Below are positions 58,834 through 64,000 of a stretch of 64,000 nt of DNA, piece by piece (position 1 is the first letter of the stretch; each line of letters begins with the position of its first letter). Origin of the DNA: Pseudomonadota bacterium (GTDB taxonomy: Bacteria > Pseudomonadota > Alphaproteobacteria > Acetobacterales > Acetobacteraceae); the NCBI GenBank assembly GCA_021816925.1, contig JAKAWQ010000009.1, positions 2,364 to 66,363 of the forward strand, read 5' to 3'. The notes under the pieces were generated by a model. That model searched no databases, was not told where the DNA came from, and was given only the letters and a program-made list of their open reading frames with translations. A program made the position numbers and the translations under genes.

Positions 58834-59757
58834 CTACGCGCCGCCCCTGGGCACATTACCCCTGGGCACATTACCCCTGGGCACATTACCCCTGGGCGTG
58901 CCGCCCCTCGCCGCCTCGCCCTCCGGCGCCGCCCCGCCCACCACCAGCACCGGCACGCCGGCCGCGGCTAGCAGGCGCGCAACGAACCCCTCCGCATCCT
59001 CGGGCAGCCGCGCCCGGTCGAGCACCGCAAGCCGCGCCCCCGCCGCCCGCAGCGCCTCCGCGATCGCCCCCGCCTCGGCGCTCCTGAGACGGCGCCTTTG
59101 CACCCGCGCCGGCGGCACCCCGGCCTCGCGGAGCACTCCCTCCAGCCGCGCCTCGCTCCCCTCCTCCGGCGCGACCAGCACCAGATCCTCCGCAGCAGCG
59201 CGCGCGATCGCCGCACCGATCTCGAGACCGCCGTCCTCCTCCCCGGGCAGCACCACCGCAACACTCCCGCGCCTCACCCAGGGCCGCGACGGTACCAGCA
59301 GCACTCCCGCGCCGTCCCGCCAGAAAATCTCCCCGCCCGTTCCCCGAAATCCGGCAAGCCGCGCCGCCACGGATTCGACCATCACCAGGATATCCCGAGC
59401 CCCCGCACGCTCGGCGAGCGCGCCCGCCGGATCCCCGCGCAGCACCGAAAAGGCGCTCGGCACCCCAAGCGCGCCCGCGGCCACCTCCAGCATCCGCCGC
59501 GCCTCTTCCGCCGCCAGGCGGAAATCCTCCAGCATCTGCCCCGCATCGAGCGCCCGCCAGGTGTGGCCTGGCAGCCGAAGCTCGCGCGCGAACGGCAAGC
59601 CAGCCAGCGTCAGCAACGCCTCGTTCTCGACGAAGAGGCCCTCGAGATCGAGCGCGAGCAGGTGCGCAAGCTCCGCCGCCAGCCGGAACGCCGGGGCTTC
59701 CGCCCCACCCTCCCGCGCCATCACCAGAACCCGCCGGTAGCGGGGCAGCCTTGCCAT
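58834..59757 (-). CDS. hypothetical protein (alpha/beta, possibly tandem USP-like) with a C-terminal PRGNV repeat
   Basis: 307 aa. The ATG lies 2 nt after the Lon-like gene's stop, suggesting an operon. It ends ...GGTPRGNVPRGNVPRGNVPRGGA. The family assignment is uncertain. Confidence 0.55.
   Translation of the reverse strand: MARLPRYRRVLVMAREGGAEAPAFRLAAELAHLLALDLEGLFVENEALLTLAGLPFARELRLPGHTWRALDAGQMLEDFRLAAEEARRMLEVAAGALGVPSAFSVLRGDPAGALAERAGARDILVMVESVAARLAGFRGTGGEIFWRDGAGVLLVPSRPWVRRGSVAVVLPGEEDGGLEIGAAIARAAAEDLVLVAPEEGSEARLEGVLREAGVPPARVQRRRLRSAEAGAIAEALRAAGARLAVLDRARLPEDAEGFVARLLAAAGVPVLVVGGAAPEGEAARGGTPRGNVPRGNVPRGNVPRGGA
58844..58897. repeat. 15-bp tandem repeat, about 3.6 copies
   Basis: The unit cccctgggcacatta occurs three times plus a partial copy. 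In-frame it encodes (PRGNV)x3 at the C-terminus of ORF 58834..59757. It begins 16 nt upstream of the polX start codon. Confidence 0.9.
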
Positions 59758-59759
59758 GG

Positions 59760-62183
59760 TCAGGACTCCTCCCGATCGGCATCCGCCCGCGCCGCCTCGC
59801 GCCGCACCCGCGCGAACTCACCCAGCCGATCCTCGACCAGCCGGTTCACGCTCCCTTCCGGCCACGCTCCGTCCGCACCCCGTTCGCCCGCATCCCTCCC
59901 GGTCAGGAGCGCAATCCCCTCGTCGATCGTACTAATCGGATAAATGGCGAACCGCCCCGCCGCCGCCGCCGCCACCACATCCTCGCGCAGCATCAGATGC
60001 TGCACGTTCGAAGCAGGGATCAGCACGCCCTCCGTCCCGCTGAGCCCGCGCGCCTTGCAGATGTCGAAGAACCCCTCGATCTTCTCGTTCACCCCGCCGA
60101 TCGCCTGCACGACGCCGTGCTGGTTCACCGAGCCTGTCACCGCAAGGTCCTGGCGGAGCGCCAGGCCCGAGAGCGCGGAAAGCAGCGCATAAAGCTCCGC
60201 CGACGAAGCGCTGTCACCCTCCACGCCCCCGTAGGATTGCTCGAACACGAGGCTCGCCGAAACCGACATCGGCCGGTCGAGCGCATACCGCCCGGCAAGA
60301 AACCCGGAGAGAATCAGCACACCCTTCGAGTGCAGCGGCCCGCCCAGCTCCACTTCGCGCTCGATATCGACGATACGCCCCGCCCCCGGCCGCACCCGGC
60401 AGGTGATGCGCGAGGGCCGGCCGAACGCGTGCGCCCCGAGGCCGAGCACGCTCAACCCGTTCACCTGCCCGACCCGGCTGCCCGTTGTGTCCACGAGCGC
60501 AATTCCGCGCAGGATCATCTCCCGGCCGCGATCCTCGATCCGCCCGGCGCGGCGGATCTGCCGGCCGATCGCTGCCGTCACATCCGCGCGCACCACCGCC
60601 GCGCGGCCGGCGGCGCGGGCACAATGATCCGCCTCGGCCATCACGTCGCGCACGCGATCCACAAGCAGCGAGAGCCTCTCCGAATCCTCCGCGAGCCTTG
60701 CCGCGTGCTCGACCACCCGCGCCACCGCCGCACGCTCGAAGGGATGCAATCCCGCCCGCGCGGCCAGCCCGGCGATCAGCCGCGCCATCGCCGCCTCGGC
60801 CGGCGCCGAACGCGGCGTGTCATCCTCGAAATCGGCAAGAACCTTGAAGAGAGCAGGAAAATCCGGATCGAGCGCGGAGAGGAGATAGTAGAGCATCCGC
60901 TCGCCGAACAGCACCACCTTGACATCGAGCGGAATGGGATCCGGCTCCAGCGTCATCGTCATCGCCAGACCCAAGAACCGCCCGGCATCCTCGATCACGA
61001 TCTCCCCGCGCAAGAGCGCCCGCTTGAGCGCTTCCCAGCTGAACGGCTCAACCAGCAGGCTCCTTGCATCGATCAGGATCATCCCGCCGTTGGCGCGGTG
61101 CAGCGCGCCCGCCTTGATCAGCTGGAAGTTCGTCACCAGCGCACCCTGCTGCGAAAGATACTCGACCCGCCCGACCAGATTCCCGAGTGTCGGATGCAGC
61201 TCCTCGATCACCGGCGCGCGTGCCTCCGCCCCCGTGCAGCTCACCAGCACGTTCACCTGATAACGCTCGAGGAAGGCACCCCGCATGGCCCCGAGCGGTG
61301 CCTCCTCCTCACCTCCTGCGCTGGCGAAAAGCTGCACGTTGTCGAGCAGGTCCGCACGTACCCGATCGAGATGCGCGAGCACCTTCTCGAGCCCGGCGAA
61401 CGGCGCCCGCACGTCTTCGATCAGTTGGCCGAGCGCGAACTCCGCCATCTCGCGGTCGAGCGTACGCACCGCCTCCCGCCGTTCCCGATCAAGGCGCGGA
61501 ATGGCCCGGAGCGTCTGCTCGAGCTCTCGTTCCACCTCCAGGATCACCGCCTGCGCCTCGCGCTTCCGCTCCTCCGGCCAGGCATTGAACTCCTCCGGCG
61601 GTACCACCTTGCCCTCGCGCGCAGGTGCGACGGCAAAGCCGGCCGGCGTGCGCAGGATCGCCGTCCCCTTCGCCTCCGCCTTCTCGCCGAGCGCCTGGAA
61701 CGCGCGCTCGTTCCTGCCCCGGAACTGTCCCTCGATCGCCCCGCGCCGGCGCTGATAATCCTCGCCCTCGAACACCGCCGTCAGCGCGCCACGCAGATCT
61801 TCGGCCAGCCGGCGCATCGCCTTCTCGAAGTCCGGCGCCCGGCCGGGCGGCAACGCGATCGCGCTCGGCCGGTTCGGTGTGCCGAAATCGTTCACGTAAA
61901 CCCAGTCGGGCGGGCAGACGCGGAGCTGGCTCGCTTCCCTGAGCATCGCCCCGACCGAGGCGCGGATCTGCGCGGCACTCAGACCGATCGCAAAAATGTT
62001 GAACCCGCGCCCGCCGATTTCGGTGCCGAAGCGGATCGCCTCGCTCGCCCGCTCCTGGCCCAGAAGGCCGGAGAGCGGCTCGAGTTCCGCCGTGGTCTTG
62101 AACTCGAGACCCGAAAGGTCGGCCGGCCGGTAGAGCTTCTCCGCCGGCAGCGCCGGCACCCCGGTCGATTGGCCCGTTGCCAT
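59760..62183 (-). CDS. Lon-related ATP-dependent protease (AAA_32 N-domain plus Lon_C/S16 protease domain)
   Basis: 807 aa. The N-terminal segment ...YRPADLSGLEFKTTAELEPLSGLLGQERASEAIRFGTEIGGRGFNIFAIG... is typical of this Lon-like family. The C-terminal protease region reads ...GPSAGVE-like (YGGVEGDSASSAELYALLSALSGL...). Confidence 0.88.
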   Translation of the reverse strand: MATGQSTGVPALPAEKLYRPADLSGLEFKTTAELEPLSGLLGQERASEAIRFGTEIGGRGFNIFAIGLSAAQIRASVGAMLREASQLRVCPPDWVYVNDFGTPNRPSAIALPPGRAPDFEKAMRRLAEDLRGALTAVFEGEDYQRRRGAIEGQFRGRNERAFQALGEKAEAKGTAILRTPAGFAVAPAREGKVVPPEEFNAWPEERKREAQAVILEVERELEQTLRAIPRLDRERREAVRTLDREMAEFALGQLIEDVRAPFAGLEKVLAHLDRVRADLLDNVQLFASAGGEEEAPLGAMRGAFLERYQVNVLVSCTGAEARAPVIEELHPTLGNLVGRVEYLSQQGALVTNFQLIKAGALHRANGGMILIDARSLLVEPFSWEALKRALLRGEIVIEDAGRFLGLAMTMTLEPDPIPLDVKVVLFGERMLYYLLSALDPDFPALFKVLADFEDDTPRSAPAEAAMARLIAGLAARAGLHPFERAAVARVVEHAARLAEDSERLSLLVDRVRDVMAEADHCARAAGRAAVVRADVTAAIGRQIRRAGRIEDRGREMILRGIALVDTTGSRVGQVNGLSVLGLGAHAFGRPSRITCRVRPGAGRIVDIEREVELGGPLHSKGVLILSGFLAGRYALDRPMSVSASLVFEQSYGGVEGDSASSAELYALLSALSGLALRQDLAVTGSVNQHGVVQAIGGVNEKIEGFFDICKARGLSGTEGVLIPASNVQHLMLREDVVAAAAAGRFAIYPISTIDEGIALLTGRDAGERGADGAWPEGSVNRLVEDRLGEFARVRREAARADADREES

Positions 62184-62216
62184 CCTCGCCCCATCCCCGC
62201 CGAAAGCCCGACAATA

Positions 62217-63137
62217 CTATGACCGGCCCGCCCCCTCGCGTAAGCGGCGGTGGATCGTGAGCGCCTGCGCGTAAACCTCCCGCCGCGGCCGGCCGCTCTC
62301 GCCGGCCACCCGCGCCACCGCCTCCCTGACACTCATTCCGCCCCCAAGCAGCGCCTCAAGCCGTGCTTCCGTCCCCCCGCCCGAAACACCCTGACCCTCC
62401 GCCGCCAGCGGTCCCACCACCAGCGTGATCTCGCCCCGCGCCGCCGCCTCCCGGTAATGCGCCGCCAACTCGCCGAGCCTGCCTCGCCGCACTTCCTCGA
62501 ACCGCTTGGTAAGCTCGCGCGCCACTGCCGCCTCGCGCTCGCCGAACGCCGCCGCAAGGTCCGCAAGTGTCGCCGCCAGCCGATGCGGCGCCTCGTGCCA
62601 CACCAGCGTCGCCGCAAGCCCCGCCCGCTCCAGCGCCGCAATGCGCGCGAACGCCGCCCGCCTCGCCCCCGCGCGCCCCGGCGGAAAGCCGAGAAAAAGA
62701 AAGGGCTGCGGCGGCAGGCTCGAAAGCGCGAGCGCCATTACCGCCGCGTTCGGCCCGGGCACCGCCGACACCGGAAGTCCAGCCCCGGCCGCCGCACGCA
62801 CCAGCCGGAAGCCGGGGTCGGAGATCAGCGGCGTCCCCGCATCCGCAACGAGCGCCACCCGCCGCCCTTCGCCGAGCAGCCGCAAAATCTCCGGAACGCG
62901 GCGCTCCTCGTTGTGCTCGTGCAGCGCGGAAAGCCGCGCCGAGATTCCGAAAGCACGCGCGAGCACCCGCGTCACGCGCGTATCCTCGCACAGCACGAGA
63001 TCCGCCGCCCGTAACGTCGCAATGGCGCGCGCACCCATATCGCCGAGGTTGCCGATCGGCGTGGAAACCAGCACAAGACCGTCCGGGACATTCGTGCTCG
63101 GCCGGTCGAGGGAAGGATGAGATGAGTCGTCGGTCAT
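62217..63137 (-). CDS. rsmI: 16S rRNA (cytidine1402-2'-O)-methyltransferase
   Basis: The true start is the ATG at 63137; the track is over-extended to 63347. The product reads ...LVLVSTPIGNLGDMGARAIATLRAADLVLCEDTRVTRVL...VALVADAGTPLISDPGFRLV... Confidence 0.92.
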   Translation of the reverse strand: MTDDSSHPSLDRPSTNVPDGLVLVSTPIGNLGDMGARAIATLRAADLVLCEDTRVTRVLARAFGISARLSALHEHNEERRVPEILRLLGEGRRVALVADAGTPLISDPGFRLVRAAAGAGLPVSAVPGPNAAVMALALSSLPPQPFLFLGFPPGRAGARRAAFARIAALERAGLAATLVWHEAPHRLAATLADLAAAFGEREAAVARELTKRFEEVRRGRLGELAAHYREAAARGEITLVVGPLAAEGQGVSGGGTEARLEALLGGGMSVREAVARVAGESGRPRREVYAQALTIHRRLREGAGRS

Positions 63138-64000
63138 GGCTGGTCCTGCTCTTGAGCCTGGGGCTTGCCGCCTGCACGGTCCAGAGCCCGCTCTACGCGC
63201 CCGGCCAGCCCGCCGGCCTCTATCCCGGCGCGGCGGCCGCGCCCGCACCGGCAAGCCGCAAGGTCGCTCTCCTCCTGCCGCTCTCGGGGCCGCTCGCCCC
63301 GGTCGGCCAGGACATGCTCCAGGCGGCCGAACTCGTCCTCTCGGCACCCGGCTCGCCGCCCTTCCACGCCTACGACACCACCGGCACGCCCGCCGGCGCG
63401 GCCGCCGCCGCCGGCCGCGCCATCGCCGGCGGCGCCGGCATCATCCTCGGCCCGTTGACCGCGCCAGATACCGCCGCCGCCGCGCCACTCGCCCGCCAGG
63501 CCGGCGTGTCGATGCTCGCCTTCACCAACGACGACGCAGAAGCTCGTCCCGGCGTCTGGATTCTCGGCGTCACGCCCGGCCAGCAGGTTCGCCGGCTGGT
63601 CGCGCTCCTGCAAGCCAAGGGGAAGACGCGCCTTGCCGCCCTCGTTCCCGAAAACGCGTTCGGCTCCGCCATGCAGGCCGCGCTGCAATCCGCCGCCGGC
63701 GCCGCTGGCGACCCCCCGCCCACCATCCAGAGTTACACCTCCGGCATGGCGAACCTGAACCAGGCCGTACGCATCCTTTCCGATTACGCCAACCGGCGCG
63801 GCCCGATCGAGGCGCAAATGCGCGCCGCCCGCGCCCTCGACAACGCCGCCGGCCGCGCGCGCATGCATCAGCTGAACCGCCTGCCGATCCCCCCGCCGCC
63901 TTTCGATGCACTGCTGCTGGCCGCCACCGGCACACCCTTGCAGGAGATCGCGGCGCTGCTCCCCTACTACGACATCTATCCGAACCAAGTGCAGATCCTC
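63122..64000 (+). CDS. LpoA-like penicillin-binding-protein activator lipoprotein (partial, runs off the window)
   Basis: It is absent from the ORF track because there is no stop within the window. The ATG at 63122 is preceded by GGAAGGA. It has a lipoprotein signal (MSRRSWLVLLLSLGLAAC) and then a type I periplasmic-binding-fold-like sequence (...KVALLLPLSGPLAPVGQDMLQAAEL...). The divergent position next to rsmI matches the E. coli rsmI-lpoA arrangement. Confidence 0.78.
   Translation, partial: MSRRSWLVLLLSLGLAACTVQSPLYAPGQPAGLYPGAAAAPAPASRKVALLLPLSGPLAPVGQDMLQAAELVLSAPGSPPFHAYDTTGTPAGAAAAAGRAIAGGAGIILGPLTAPDTAAAAPLARQAGVSMLAFTNDDAEARPGVWILGVTPGQQVRRLVALLQAKGKTRLAALVPENAFGSAMQAALQSAAGAAGDPPPTIQSYTSGMANLNQAVRILSDYANRRGPIEAQMRAARALDNAAGRARMHQLNRLPIPPPPFDALLLAATGTPLQEIAALLPYYDIYPNQVQIL

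Noticed and set aside
58844-58897. Possible CRISPR array
   Set aside because: The repeat units are only 15 bp and directly abut each other with no spacers. There are no cas genes in the window. It is a simple tandem repeat.
59751-62222. 823-aa plus-strand ORF opposite the Lon-like protease
   Set aside because: It is antisense to a protein with clear family signatures, and its product is low-complexity and Arg/Pro/His-rich.

Overview
High-G+C bacterial chromosomal segment. Gene content and a GAAC-N7-GAAC SOS box suggest an alphaproteobacterium, but that is inference only; no searches were possible. Housekeeping genes anchor both ends: coaD (5' tip), gyrA, ssb and uvrA on the left; gltA, ybaK-like, hemW, polX, a Lon-like protease, rsmI and an lpoA-like lipoprotein gene (running off the window) on the right. 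Between them lie four ABC uptake operons (two sugar-type, one di/oligopeptide-type, one amino-acid-type), tcuAB, assorted metabolic genes, and a small low-G+C islet after uvrA carrying an orphan gene plus a toxin-antitoxin-like pair. There is also a non-canonical mercury-resistance islet (merR, merA, a thioredoxin-like gene and a MerF-like gene, with no merT or merP) flanked by truncated or frameshifted gene remnants. The most unusual region is a roughly 8 kb minus-strand operon of 13-14 tightly or translationally coupled genes (about 39.3-47.2 kb). I recognise only two of its products at family level: a geranylgeranyl-reductase/MenJ-like flavoprotein, and a helical protein with two Asp-rich motifs spaced as in class I isoprenoid synthases. 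The other products lack signal peptides. Several carry extreme cysteine clusters at their C-termini (12 Cys in the last 30 residues of one; endings -RVCC, -ICGC, -GCCR, -CRCRG). They also include a paralogous pair sharing a ...TARVRWCE... tail, a protein with a Val/Ile-x-Pro periodic repeat, and small amphipathic proteins. I propose this operon as the candidate undescribed system. Possible functions are protein S-prenylation or lipid anchoring, cytoplasmic metal sequestration, or a proteinaceous assembly; all of these are hypotheses. No rRNA, tRNA, CRISPR array, transposase or integrase was recognised. Many long ORFs in the supplied track are antisense artefacts of high G+C content.
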